A DNA stretch of 64,000 nt from a virus, in the IMG/VR virus record IMGVR_UViG_3300012944_000025, positions 1 to 64,000 of that record; one strand, written 5' to 3'. The notes beneath the pieces were generated by a model, which searched no databases, was not told where the DNA came from, and saw nothing but the letters and a program-made list of their open reading frames with translations. The translations under genes and the position numbers were made by a program. The stretch's first letter is position 1, and every line of letters starts with the position of its first letter. Positions 54,580 to 64,000 of the stretch are shown here, piece after piece.

Positions 54580-55206
54580 ATGGATGACCTGAAGATTGGC
54601 GACTTCTCCAAGCCCGTGACTCCTCAGCCATCTTCCGCGCCGCCGAGGCCCCCGACGCGGGTCGCCACGCCCCCGAGCACGAGGATCCCGAGCAGTCCCG
54701 ACGAAGCCGCGCTCAGCGCGGAGGCCTCCGCGGTCGAGGCCGAGCTTGCGCCGATGCGCACCTATGAGGACACGCTCCGCGAGGCGAAGATCTCGCGCGA
54801 GGAGGCGGCGAAAGTCGTCGACTCCGTCATGGAGAAAGGGTTCTGGTCCGAGACGGTCCAGATCACGAAGTCGACGATCGCGAGGCTCCGGACGAGATCG
54901 TCGAGGGACCGCACGCGCGCGATGGATCGGATCGAAACCGCGCGCCCCTCGTTCGACGCCCACTACTACGACCTGATGAACAAGCTACTACTCGCCGCGT
55001 CTCTCGAGTCGTTCGGCCGCATCAAGTTCGAGCACCCCGCGCCTGGTGCCAAGACTGAGGATGTGGAGAGGGCGTTCGAGGCCCGCTTCAACTACGTCGA
55101 CGCGGTGATGGCCGAGCCCGCTTACGCGCTCCTTCTCCGCGCGTTCCTCAAGTTTGACGAAAAAATCCGGGTCGTGACGGCGGAGGGCGTCGTCGAAAAT
55201 TTCTAG
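54580..55206 (+). CDS. Putative tail assembly chaperone (G-like)
   Basis: MDDLKIG...VVENF*; first gene of the plus-strand module; ends in a slippery heptamer upstream of a tape-measure-like gene. Confidence 0.65.
   Translation: MDDLKIGDFSKPVTPQPSSAPPRPPTRVATPPSTRIPSSPDEAALSAEASAVEAELAPMRTYEDTLREAKISREEAAKVVDSVMEKGFWSETVQITKSTIARLRTRSSRDRTRAMDRIETARPSFDAHYYDLMNKLLLAASLESFGRIKFEHPAPGAKTEDVERAFEARFNYVDAVMAEPAYALLLRAFLKFDEKIRVVTAEGVVENF
55197..55203 (+). other. Programmed -1 ribosomal frameshift site A_AAT_TTC
   Basis: X_XXY_YYZ heptamer directly before the TAG; the -1 frame is open into ORF 55254-55658; GC-rich hairpin downstream. Confidence 0.7.
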
Positions 55207-55253
55207 GTCACCCGGGGGCCAACGCGCGGGCGGTCGCCTTCGCGCGCGGGCAG

Positions 55254-55658
55254 ATGCTTCCCCCGATCGGCTCGGTCGAGGATCGCGTCATGCGCGAGAT
55301 GGTGTTCCGGGAGCGCTCCGAGCGCGTGGCGCACGTGCGCGCGATCGCGGCCATCGTAGCGCGGGTCGTGGGCCGGGACGCGGACAAACTCCTCGGAGAC
55401 GTCGTATCCGAGTACGCGTCGGAGGTATTCCAGGAATCCTACGATCCCGTCGCGCTCGCGCGGAAGGCCCAGCGTCTGCGCGACGCGCAGGCTCAAATCC
55501 GGCGCCGGCGCGTGGAGGACGAGAACACGCTCAGGCGTCTCGACCGCATGGAGTTGCTCGGTCAGGATTTCGATCGCGTGAAGGGCCGAGAATTTGATAG
55601 CAATTCCAAGCCGATACAGCATAGCCTAAGATCTGAACGTGGCCGACGGGACCAGTAA
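55254..55658 (+). CDS. Putative tail assembly chaperone C-terminal extension (T-like)
   Basis: In the -1 frame relative to the upstream gene and open from the slippery site. Confidence 0.65.
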   Translation: MLPPIGSVEDRVMREMVFRERSERVAHVRAIAAIVARVVGRDADKLLGDVVSEYASEVFQESYDPVALARKAQRLRDAQAQIRRRRVEDENTLRRLDRMELLGQDFDRVKGREFDSNSKPIQHSLRSERGRRDQ

Positions 55659-58600
55659 CGAGACCCTTCGCCAGATGCTGGCGGGGTTCAACAGCATGCA
55701 GTCGGCGCTGGGCTTGCTCCCGGTCGCGTCCGGATCACCGACGGTCGGAGTGGGCCAGCCCGTCGGCTCAGCCCCGATGCCGCCGCCTCCGCCGCACCCG
55801 TCCGAGGCCGCCATCGCGGCCATGCAGCGCCATAACGACATGACGCAGCAGACGCTGCAGGCGGCGCAGCAGACGCGCTACCAGCCGCCACCGTCCGCGC
55901 CGACACCCTCGAGCGGCGGGCTCGGACAGTTCAACCCGTTCGTCGCCAATGCCCTCGGCGGCGGGGGCTCGGGCTACGGCCTCCCGAGCCCGGCGACGAT
56001 GACGTCACCCGCTTACGGCATGTTCCGCCCGCCGCCGGCGATGGGCGGGATGCCGTTCGGCGGCCCGATGCGCCTGCCGTCCATCTTCAACCCGCTGGCC
56101 CCCGCCCTGTCGTCACCGCACTTCTCGACCCCGGGGATGCGATCGCTGCAGGTCATGCAGGGCCACGAATCGCAGGCGATGGGCACGCTCGCCGGCGCGA
56201 CAGAGTTCGGACTCGGGCTGGCGGGGTCCGTGGCGGGCGGCGCGCTGGGCTCACTGCTCGGGCCCGTCGGTGCGGTCGCGGGCTCGTGGCTGGGCGGGAA
56301 GCTCGGGCACGCCGCGAGCAACGTCATGGTGGGCACGACGGTGCAGGACGCGGCCCGCGCGAGGATGATCCAGAACACGACCGCTCCGTTCATGGTCACC
56401 GGGTCCAGCCTCGGCCCGACGGGCCAGGGCATGAGCACCGACTCGGCGCTCCGCACGGCCCGCGGCGTCCGGCACATGGCGCACGACCTGGACTTCGAGC
56501 GGACCGGGTTCAACACCCAGGACGCCATGCGGATCATGGGTGGCGCGGCGCAGCACGGCCTGTTGACTGGCGCCCAGTCGCCCGAGGAGATCGTTCGCCG
56601 CGTAAAGGACGTCAGCAAGACCGTCAAGCTGCTGATGCAGGTGACCGGGGACCCCGACGTGCGATCGGCCCTCGCGTCCCTGGGCCAGATGCGAGACCTC
56701 GGCTTCCAGGGCCTGGGGTCTCAGTCGGCGGCGGTTGCCAACCGCGCCGCGTTTGCTCGCATGGCCGGCGTGTCGCAGGCGGCGATGCACGAGTCCTTCG
56801 GTCTGCCGGGCGCCATGATGGCCCAGCAGGTCGGCCTCGCGGGGTCCACCGGCTACGCCGCGGGCATGTCGGGCGGCGCGCTCGCGAACATCGCTGCGTC
56901 GTCCGGCTCGCTCAACGATCTCCAACTCGCTCGCGCGGGCGGTCGGTCGGGGCTCGGCCAGATCAACGCGCTCGCCCAGATTTCCTCGATGCAGAGCGAC
57001 GTGTACCTCGCCGCATCCCTTCGCAAAGGTAGCAAGGGCCTCGAGGTCGACATGGACGCCTACCGCAAGGCGCAGAGCATGTCGGTGGGCGACGTCGCGC
57101 GCGAGGCGGCCGAGCGCATCCACAAAATGGGAGCGGAGGGCATCTTCGAGTGGCGGACGCGGCGCCAGGAGTTCAAGGATCAGGTCGCGCAGAAGCTCTC
57201 GCCCCTCGAGATGGGGATGAACGTGGTGCGCCAGGCGCAGGGCCTCCAGCGGCAGGTGCCGGGCATGAACCTCGGCTCCGCGCTGTTCGCCACCGTGCAG
57301 TCGACCGCCGTTGGCGCCGGGATGAGCGAGGAGCAGGCCGAGCAAACCGCGCGGTCCCTCGAGCTGCAGTTCACCGACCGGAAGTACTGGGAGGGTCAGA
57401 AGCAGCAGCTGAGAGCGCAACGACGGACCGCGATCGATGAGCAGCGCAGCCGCTTTGGGCAGTTCGCGACCCAGGACTTCGGGGACCGCGTGGACCGCCT
57501 GGGGCGGATGGGCATGCTTCGCGCCTCCGACAGGATCGCCTCGCCGTTCCAGCGCCTCGCCGACGGGTTCCGCAGGGTTCGCGAGGGCGAGGAGGCCGCG
57601 GGCTACGGCGAGCACATCTCGCGGCTCTCGGGCGTGGCGGTCATCGGCGACGACGCGGATCGGCGGATGATGCACGCGGCCGGCGGGCGTGGGTTCAGCG
57701 CGGCCTACGCGTCCGGCCTGGGTGACGACCCCCTCGGACGGGATCAGGGTCCGCTGGGCGCCTCCTGGTCGCGCCAGATGAATCGGATGGGCGGGGCCCT
57801 GGGGCTCACCGGAACCAGCGGGGCGAATCGCGTCGCCGCCCTGGCCAGCGAATCGAGGGGCATGTTCGCGACGCCGTTCGGCATCCACCCGTTCAAGTCG
57901 TTCGGCAACGTCGACGACGCGTTCGCGCGCGTGCAGGACGTGGCGGCCGCGGGCTCCGCGGTCCTGGCCTCCGACAGCTTCGACCTGGGCAAGCGCAAGG
58001 CGCTCATCGCGCGGATGGGCGCTCACTCAGGCGGCGTCAGCGCGGGCGCGGTGCTGCAGTCCGCGACCAGTGCGCTCGTTACGCGGATCGACGGCCTGGC
58101 CGCGAGCGTGGCAGGTCCCGAGACCGGCGCGGCGCTCTCACAGAGCGATCTCAAGAACGCGTTCATCAAGGGCGCCGCGGACCGCGGGATGAACGCCCAG
58201 GAGGCCGCGAAGATGTTTGACTCCAACCCGGGCATCGCCGCCGACATGGTCAAGGCCGTGATGTCGTCCGGGACCGCGAAGCAGAAGGAGGTGCTCGGCA
58301 AGTCGGTCGAGATCGGCACCAAGCTCGGTGCGGTCAACATGACGAGGACTCGTGAGGGCCTACGGGACGCGGTGAGGAATCGGCTGTCCGCGGCGGGGCT
58401 CAACGAGCAGTACGCCAGCTTCAACGAGCACGGATTCCGCGGCGGAGGATACGCCGCAAGCGACAAGACCCTGACGGAGCTGGGCTCGGTCGTCGCGCAC
58501 CACTCGCAGGAGGAGGTGGCCGTCGCCGCGGCGCTGGCGGCGCAGGCGTCGGGGGACCCCGCGCAGCGAAAGAAGGGCGACCAGGCGCTCACCGCCCTGC

Positions 58601-59253
58601 GCACCCAGCTCGGCGACAAGCGCGTGGACGAGCTGACCTCGACCGCGCAGGACACGATTCTCAAGGGCGCGTCGGGGGATCTGAAGACCGCGCTGGTGCG
58701 GGTCGCCGCGGAGGGCCAAGGCGGCAACGTGACCAAGCGTGTCGGCGCCGTGTACGAGGCGATCGGCATGAAGAAGCGCGGGGCGGCCACGGACGCGCTG
58801 ATGGACAGGCTGGGCTCCATCAGCTCGAACAAAGACGTCGCGGGGATGGCCGATCCGCTCGAGGCGATTCGTGCCCTGAGCGGCTCCGACCTCGACCGCC
58901 TCGAGGAGGATGACCCGGAGACGGCGAAGCTCCTCCGGGCCGCTGCGGGCGGGGACAAGAAGGCGTACGAGGCGCTGCTCGACAGGTCCGCGCCCTCGCA
59001 GCGCGAGCACCGCGCCGGCAGTCGCGTGTCGGCCATCGACAAGCAGGTCGCCAAGGTCGACGAGATGATCGCCGCAACGTCCCCCGGCGACGACACCGCG
59101 GGCCTGCAGGCCGAGACCGGCAAGCTGTTCGCAGACTCGGTCAAGACGTTCGCGGACGCGGTCAAGGACTTCAAGGGCGCCGGCCAGGCCGACAACCTGA
59201 GCAAGAGCAGCCCGTGGTTCCAGTCGATGATTCCGGGCGCGGGAGGTCGTTGA
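55639..59253 (+). CDS. Tape-measure-like tail protein
   Basis: 1204 aa, Ala/Gly/Met-rich and helical, glycine zipper AGGALGSLLGPVGAVAGSWLGG, located after the chaperone pair. Confidence 0.75.
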   Translation: MADGTSNETLRQMLAGFNSMQSALGLLPVASGSPTVGVGQPVGSAPMPPPPPHPSEAAIAAMQRHNDMTQQTLQAAQQTRYQPPPSAPTPSSGGLGQFNPFVANALGGGGSGYGLPSPATMTSPAYGMFRPPPAMGGMPFGGPMRLPSIFNPLAPALSSPHFSTPGMRSLQVMQGHESQAMGTLAGATEFGLGLAGSVAGGALGSLLGPVGAVAGSWLGGKLGHAASNVMVGTTVQDAARARMIQNTTAPFMVTGSSLGPTGQGMSTDSALRTARGVRHMAHDLDFERTGFNTQDAMRIMGGAAQHGLLTGAQSPEEIVRRVKDVSKTVKLLMQVTGDPDVRSALASLGQMRDLGFQGLGSQSAAVANRAAFARMAGVSQAAMHESFGLPGAMMAQQVGLAGSTGYAAGMSGGALANIAASSGSLNDLQLARAGGRSGLGQINALAQISSMQSDVYLAASLRKGSKGLEVDMDAYRKAQSMSVGDVAREAAERIHKMGAEGIFEWRTRRQEFKDQVAQKLSPLEMGMNVVRQAQGLQRQVPGMNLGSALFATVQSTAVGAGMSEEQAEQTARSLELQFTDRKYWEGQKQQLRAQRRTAIDEQRSRFGQFATQDFGDRVDRLGRMGMLRASDRIASPFQRLADGFRRVREGEEAAGYGEHISRLSGVAVIGDDADRRMMHAAGGRGFSAAYASGLGDDPLGRDQGPLGASWSRQMNRMGGALGLTGTSGANRVAALASESRGMFATPFGIHPFKSFGNVDDAFARVQDVAAAGSAVLASDSFDLGKRKALIARMGAHSGGVSAGAVLQSATSALVTRIDGLAASVAGPETGAALSQSDLKNAFIKGAADRGMNAQEAAKMFDSNPGIAADMVKAVMSSGTAKQKEVLGKSVEIGTKLGAVNMTRTREGLRDAVRNRLSAAGLNEQYASFNEHGFRGGGYAASDKTLTELGSVVAHHSQEEVAVAAALAAQASGDPAQRKKGDQALTALRTQLGDKRVDELTSTAQDTILKGASGDLKTALVRVAAEGQGGNVTKRVGAVYEAIGMKKRGAATDALMDRLGSISSNKDVAGMADPLEAIRALSGSDLDRLEEDDPETAKLLRAAAGGDKKAYEALLDRSAPSQREHRAGSRVSAIDKQVAKVDEMIAATSPGDDTAGLQAETGKLFADSVKTFADAVKDFKGAGQADNLSKSSPWFQSMIPGAGGR

Positions 59254-60212
59254 TGGCGGGACCCTACGGAAGCTACGTCAGCCAGAACAACGCGGCCGCG
59301 GATCCGGCGATCCGACGCCAGCAGGGCATCTTCGCGGACAACCCGCTGTCCACACCGAAGTACGCCCGCAACAGGGGTCCGCGCGACGCCGAGTTCCGCG
59401 ACACCATGGCGCGGATGTTCATCAGCCTGGCGGACGCGGATCCCACGACGCAGACCGCCTACCTGGCGAGCCTTCCACAGGAGGCCAAGGCGCTGGCCCA
59501 AGTTCTCCTGGGAAACAACAACCACGGCTCCTCGGGGTATGTGGACTTCATCCTGACGCAGGCGATCGAGCCCCGGCAGGAGGTCGTCCAGGTCGAGAAG
59601 ACCGTCGGCGACGGCTACGTCGCGTTCTTCTTCGGCGAGGCTCCGCCGACGTTCCAGTACTCCGGGTACCTGCTCAACTCACTGCAGGACGATCAGCGCG
59701 TCGGGTTCGCCATCGCGTACTCGCAGATCCTGCGCGGCACCCAGCTCGCGCGGCGCGGCGCCCTGGCCCGGCTCCGCTACGACTCGGTGATCGTTGAGGG
59801 CGCACTCACCGCGAAGCAGCAGACGCTCAACGCCGACAACGAGCTTGCGGTGCCGTTCGCGTTCAGCTTCCTCGTCAAGAGCTACGTGATCGTGCAGAAC
59901 CCGCTGTTCCAGCGGACCTCGGCGGCCGACTACGTCGCCCTCGCCGCCGACAGCGCCGTCTCGAACCTCGGGCCCGTGGGCCGTCCGTCGGACGTGCGCG
60001 TCAGGTCCTCGATGGTGCTGCCACCTGACCTCGCATCCGTGAGCACGGCCGGCCAGGAGGAGCCCGGCGCGGTCGATCGCACGCAAACCGCGCTCGCGCA
60101 GCTCATGTCCCGCGCGGTTGACTCCGTCCTCGGCTCGCGAACCAGCAACGTGCGGGGCGCGATAGACGGCACGCCGGTCAGCCCTCCGCCCGCGTTCGCA
60201 GGTGCGCTGTGA
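59253..60212 (+). CDS. Putative virion tail/baseplate protein
   Basis: TGATG overlap with the tape-measure-like gene; FFFGEAP..FQYSGYLLN. Confidence 0.6.
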   Translation: MAGPYGSYVSQNNAAADPAIRRQQGIFADNPLSTPKYARNRGPRDAEFRDTMARMFISLADADPTTQTAYLASLPQEAKALAQVLLGNNNHGSSGYVDFILTQAIEPRQEVVQVEKTVGDGYVAFFFGEAPPTFQYSGYLLNSLQDDQRVGFAIAYSQILRGTQLARRGALARLRYDSVIVEGALTAKQQTLNADNELAVPFAFSFLVKSYVIVQNPLFQRTSAADYVALAADSAVSNLGPVGRPSDVRVRSSMVLPPDLASVSTAGQEEPGAVDRTQTALAQLMSRAVDSVLGSRTSNVRGAIDGTPVSPPPAFAGAL

Positions 60213-60619
60213 TCGCCCTCGAGGTCGCCCTGGCGCGGGTGCTCGGCCCATACGGCATCGAGCAGCTGCGGACCCGGTTCCTATTCTCCGTGGTGGACAG
60301 TCGCAACGTCTCCGATGGCGTGCTGGTCGCCGCGCAGATGGCTCTCGAGACGGAGATCGGCGTGATTCTGACAAAGGTGATCGCGCCGTCGCCGAGCGTC
60401 CGAGGTACCGTGATCACGTCTCGGCGCCGGTTTCTCGACGTCGACAACGACCTCCGTGCGAACAGGTTCCTCATCGAACCGGCTCTCGACGATCTCTCGG
60501 GCCTGGGTGCGCCCGATCCCTACGTGGGCCTCCTTCGACGGCACCTCGCCGGTGACTACCCGCGATACCGGGTGTGCGCCACGGCGGCCGTGCTCTCCCT
60601 CGCGGCGGCATTGTCATGA
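60209..60619 (+). CDS. Hypothetical protein in the tail module
   Basis: GTGA/ATGA overlaps on both sides. Confidence 0.6.
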   Translation: MIALEVALARVLGPYGIEQLRTRFLFSVVDSRNVSDGVLVAAQMALETEIGVILTKVIAPSPSVRGTVITSRRRFLDVDNDLRANRFLIEPALDDLSGLGAPDPYVGLLRRHLAGDYPRYRVCATAAVLSLAAALS

Positions 60620-63600
60620 GCGAGTTCTCGTCCAGCCTCCCGCACGGCGCCGCCGCGCTCGTATATATCAACGGGATCGAAGTGCCCGTGGTCCGCGTCT
60701 CGCGGAGGTACGGTGTCTGGCAGGTGCCCGAGGTCCAGGTCTCGATGGTGCCCGACCCCGTGCTCACGCGACTCGGCGCCGAAGACCGCGTGCAGCTCGA
60801 AGTGTTCTACCTCGACGACACCGCCGTCGACCCGAGCGTCGTCCCCCAGTTCCGCCTGTGGTTCGACGGTGAGATCACCGGATGGGGATATCAGAGCCTG
60901 TCCTCCGGTCGCGTCATCACCCTGACCGCGGTCGCTCAGATCGCGATCTTCACGCAGCTGTTCGTCCAGTTCCTGACGACGTTCGACGATCTGCTCGGAC
61001 ACAGCACGCTGCCCGGCGCGGACGCGACCGGCATCGGCGTCCCAACCAGCCAAATCGTGTTTCCGTTCTCGCTGTTCAAGCAGGGCTTGATCTCGGGAGG
61101 CGGGCTCGCGCAGGACGCCTCGTCCATCGTCCGCCCGTTCGACTTCCTGTACAACGTGATCCGCAACATGATCGGGGCTCAGGTCCCGCACGAGCAGCAG
61201 ACGATCCCGGCGGCGAACTTCTTCTCCCGGTGGTCGCGTCTCACCAACTTCCACAACCGATTTGTTGCTTCGCCGTTCTTCGATGAGATAGTCGACAACC
61301 CCAACATCTTCCCGGTCCTTCGCGCCCTACAAAACGTCTCGGCCGTCGACACCATCGCCAGGAACCTCATTCCTAACGTGCAGAACTCCGGGTCCATATG
61401 GGACATGCTCCAGCTGGTCTTTCAGACCATGCTGTTCGAGATCGCGATGGTCCCGTCGATGCCGCTGGTCGCGACGTCTCTTGCGAGCGGCCTGGTGCAG
61501 CAGACCAACTTCTCCGATCACGTCCTCGCGTTCGACCCCGCGCGGATCCCGAACGGCGCGTTCGTCGCGGCCCTGGCCGGCGAGAGCCGGAAGGCCACGC
61601 CGCGCAGGATACCGAGTTACTTCCCCAAGCCGCAGACCCTGTTCGGCATCGCACCGAGCTGCAACGTGATCTTCCCGTCGCAGCTGGTCGCGCTCGCGTA
61701 CGACGAGAACTACGCGACCCAACCGACAAGGCTCTACTTCAACGACGAGACGCTGCTCAACCTGCTCCGCATCCCGCGTGGCGGGTACAGGGAGACCGTG
61801 CACAACGCGCTGACGATCGCCTACCCGCCGGAGGCCGATGCGGCAATGCACGCGCGAGCGCGCGGGGGCGGCAAGCTCAACGGAAAGAACCTGCTGCTGT
61901 GGCCCGAGGAATTCTTCAAGGGCCCCGTGCTCGACCGCAGGGACGTCCCACCGTGGCTGTTCTTTCTCAAGCAGAGCGAGCTGATGAGCACGCCGCCCAC
62001 GGGTCGAACGGCGGACGGCGCGGTGGAGACGCCGCCGGCGCCCGCGCGCACGCCGCAGGTTCCAGCGCCGGCCGCGGTCTCCGTTCCCGCGGGCACGATG
62101 GTCACCGCGGGTCGCGTCGGCACGCAGGCACCCGACGGCACCCGCGTGTTCGGTCGCGCGGTCGAGAATCTTCGTCCCAAGGTCGCGCGGCTGAGCGTCG
62201 TGACCGGGATCCCCACCGACTTCCTGCTCGCCTGGATATCCCAGGAATCCGACGGGAGCATCCGCACCGTGACCCGCCTCAACGAGCGCGGCTTCTTCCA
62301 GATCATGGGTCCGCACGTCTCGGGCGGCACGGCGACGACGCTCAGGGAGTCCGAGGCGGGGATGATTGGGCTGGGGCTCGACGCGACGGGCACGGGCCCC
62401 GACGACACAAACGCGCGCCTGTCGACAGATGAGGACTTCTCGCTGCAGTCCGGTGTTAAGCTCGTGCAGTTCTACCGTCGGTTCGCGAACCGGATAGCGA
62501 TCGAGCAAGGCCTGTCCTGGACCGAGGCAGACATGTGGCGACTCACCAAGCTCGGCCACAACGGCGTCGGGTTCGCGAAGCAGACGGTTCAGGCCGCGAA
62601 GGCCGTGCTTGGCCGGGCCCCGATCTCGTGGGAGGAGATGTACAAAGCCGCGGTGCCGACCCTGTCGGCCGGCGTGGCCAACGTCGTGAACGGGGCCACG
62701 GCTGTGGGCGGCGTGGTCGCGGGCGCCTCCGGAGCGATGATCACCAAGAGCGATCCCCGCCCGACGAGGGCTCCCGTCGCGACGACGGCGCCGAGAACAT
62801 CGACGGACGTTGTGTCCACGCTCGTGGCGCCTCAGGTTCCCGCTGCGGCGCCGCAGGTCAGCGAATCCGTAACCGCGTCGCTCGAGAGCGCGGAGACGGT
62901 TTATCAGCTCTACGCCAAATACGAATTCTTTCGCGAGCGGTACGCCAAGCGGTCGGGCTCAGCGCAGATCGCGTGGAACCCGTACGTCGTCGCCGGCTTC
63001 CCCGCTGTTATCTTCGACCACCGATCGTCCCGCGTCGACATCGCGTGCTACGTGACGACCGTGCAGGACGTCATCGACCTCAGCGCGACCTCAGCGCGAA
63101 AGTCGACGACGATATCGTTCCTATACGGGCGCCAGCTGCAGGAGATGTTCGACCTCATGGCCCGGCAGTTCGCCGACGGCGAGGCGTCGGCGGGCTCGGC
63201 GCCGGCCGAGCCCATCCGGGACGTGCGCAAGGTCATCCAGTCATTCTCCCAGGCGGAGACCTACTACCAGCGGCTGTTCTACGGCGGGCAGCCCTTGTTC
63301 AATAAGGACGCGGCATTCGACTTCCGCAAGATCATCGGATACGCGCCCGACGTCGCCGGCGGCTCTCCGGTCACAATATTCGTGGATGGTCCCGAAGAGG
63401 CTGATCAGGACGACCTCGCGACGGCGCAGGTCCAGCTTGCGCAGCTGACCAGCGATCGAGCGGACAAGACCGCGCAGCTGGCGAGCGTCAGCGCCGGGCT
63501 CTCCACGGCGTCCGCGCAGGCCGCCGCCCTGAACGCGACCGCGTCCAACACCGCAGCGACGCAGCTGGCCGCGCTGGGCAGGCTGGTGTCCGACGGCGCG

Positions 63601-64000
63601 ACCATGGTCTCGCAGCTGCGCGCCGACCTGGTAGCCATCGACGCCAGGATCCAGAAGGCGCTCTCCGTGATTCAGTCCACCCAGGACGTCACGCGCACCG
63701 CGCAGGTCACGCACAACCTGGTCGGCAATCGCGAGCTGGTCCCGCTGGCCTCCGCAGCGCCCCTGTTCAGCGGATACGACGACGCGATGCGGTACGCGTG
63801 GCGACCGATATGCACACTCGACGAGTACGTCGTGTTCCACGACGCCGCGGGTGAGGGCTTGGTTTCCGCGGCCGGCGCCGCGGGTAGTCTCGGCGCGACC
63901 TACTACTCGAGGATTCGTCGGACGACCGCGCCGACGAGCGAGGAGCAAGCCTCGCTTCGCGCGCCCGGCGGCGCCGACGGCCTGACGCCGGCGCAGGCAG
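60616..64000 (+). CDS. Large baseplate-hub-like protein with lytic transglycosylase (SLT-like) domain; runs off the window, absent from the ORF track
   Basis: MSEFSSSLPHGAAALVYINGIEVPV...; no stop found in the stretches read; ~62160-62580 IPTDFLLAWISQESDG...NERGFFQIMG...GHNGVG. Confidence 0.75.
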   Translation, partial: MSEFSSSLPHGAAALVYINGIEVPVVRVSRRYGVWQVPEVQVSMVPDPVLTRLGAEDRVQLEVFYLDDTAVDPSVVPQFRLWFDGEITGWGYQSLSSGRVITLTAVAQIAIFTQLFVQFLTTFDDLLGHSTLPGADATGIGVPTSQIVFPFSLFKQGLISGGGLAQDASSIVRPFDFLYNVIRNMIGAQVPHEQQTIPAANFFSRWSRLTNFHNRFVASPFFDEIVDNPNIFPVLRALQNVSAVDTIARNLIPNVQNSGSIWDMLQLVFQTMLFEIAMVPSMPLVATSLASGLVQQTNFSDHVLAFDPARIPNGAFVAALAGESRKATPRRIPSYFPKPQTLFGIAPSCNVIFPSQLVALAYDENYATQPTRLYFNDETLLNLLRIPRGGYRETVHNALTIAYPPEADAAMHARARGGGKLNGKNLLLWPEEFFKGPVLDRRDVPPWLFFLKQSELMSTPPTGRTADGAVETPPAPARTPQVPAPAAVSVPAGTMVTAGRVGTQAPDGTRVFGRAVENLRPKVARLSVVTGIPTDFLLAWISQESDGSIRTVTRLNERGFFQIMGPHVSGGTATTLRESEAGMIGLGLDATGTGPDDTNARLSTDEDFSLQSGVKLVQFYRRFANRIAIEQGLSWTEADMWRLTKLGHNGVGFAKQTVQAAKAVLGRAPISWEEMYKAAVPTLSAGVANVVNGATAVGGVVAGASGAMITKSDPRPTRAPVATTAPRTSTDVVSTLVAPQVPAAAPQVSESVTASLESAETVYQLYAKYEFFRERYAKRSGSAQIAWNPYVVAGFPAVIFDHRSSRVDIACYVTTVQDVIDLSATSARKSTTISFLYGRQLQEMFDLMARQFADGEASAGSAPAEPIRDVRKVIQSFSQAETYYQRLFYGGQPLFNKDAAFDFRKIIGYAPDVAGGSPVTIFVDGPEEADQDDLATAQVQLAQLTSDRADKTAQLASVSAGLSTASAQAAALNATASNTAATQLAALGRLVSDGATMVSQLRADLVAIDARIQKALSVIQSTQDVTRTAQVTHNLVGNRELVPLASAAPLFSGYDDAMRYAWRPICTLDEYVVFHDAAGEGLVSAAGAAGSLGATYYSRIRRTTAPTSEEQASLRAPGGADGLTPAQA

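Noticed and set aside
56140-56170. PCMTC in an antisense ORF within the tape-measure-like gene
   Set aside because: Chance match from LQVMQG on the coding strand; no family context.
56251-63948. Long minus-strand ORFs over the tail module
   Set aside because: Antisense shadows of coupled plus-strand structural genes.
1-64000. tRNA or rRNA genes
   Set aside because: No convincing cloverleaf or rRNA signature found by eye; tRNAscan-SE or Infernal would be needed to exclude them.
1-64000. Alternative genetic code (stop reassignment) explaining the many short ORFs
   Set aside because: Long conserved genes are intact in code 11, and the short genes end in all three stops with tight stop/start overlaps and RBS-like sequences.

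Overview
High-GC DNA that reads as part of a large tailed-phage genome. There are no rRNA, tRNA or cellular housekeeping genes. About 1-54.5 kb is a dense, mostly minus-strand run of small, translationally coupled accessory genes. It also holds nucleotide and DNA-metabolism genes (ThyX, dNMP kinase, MazG-like, NUDIX, RNase HII, DinG, GHKL ATPase) and several plus-strand insertions. From 54.6 kb a plus-strand tail module begins: a tail chaperone pair with a -1 slippery site, a tape-measure-like protein, and a baseplate-hub-like protein with an SLT domain that runs off the window. The main feature is a very large family of small His/Cys zinc-finger-like genes sharing the motif (V/I)DCMxCL(V), DNA consensus GTCGACTGCATGACSTGCCTGGTC on the minus strand. 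I counted about 59 copies by eye, about 46 of them in the first 16.6 kb, often 200-250 bp apart. The family occurs in two circularly permuted forms, in a His/Cys ligand-swapped variant, and as multi-domain fusions. A 17-bp palindrome (TGYTYA-N5-TRARCA) recurs at about 11 gene starts and divergent junctions, and there is an orphan lanthipeptide-like precursor. All assignments come from motif recognition by eye, and no database search was run. A Myxococcota-like host is only a weak inference.
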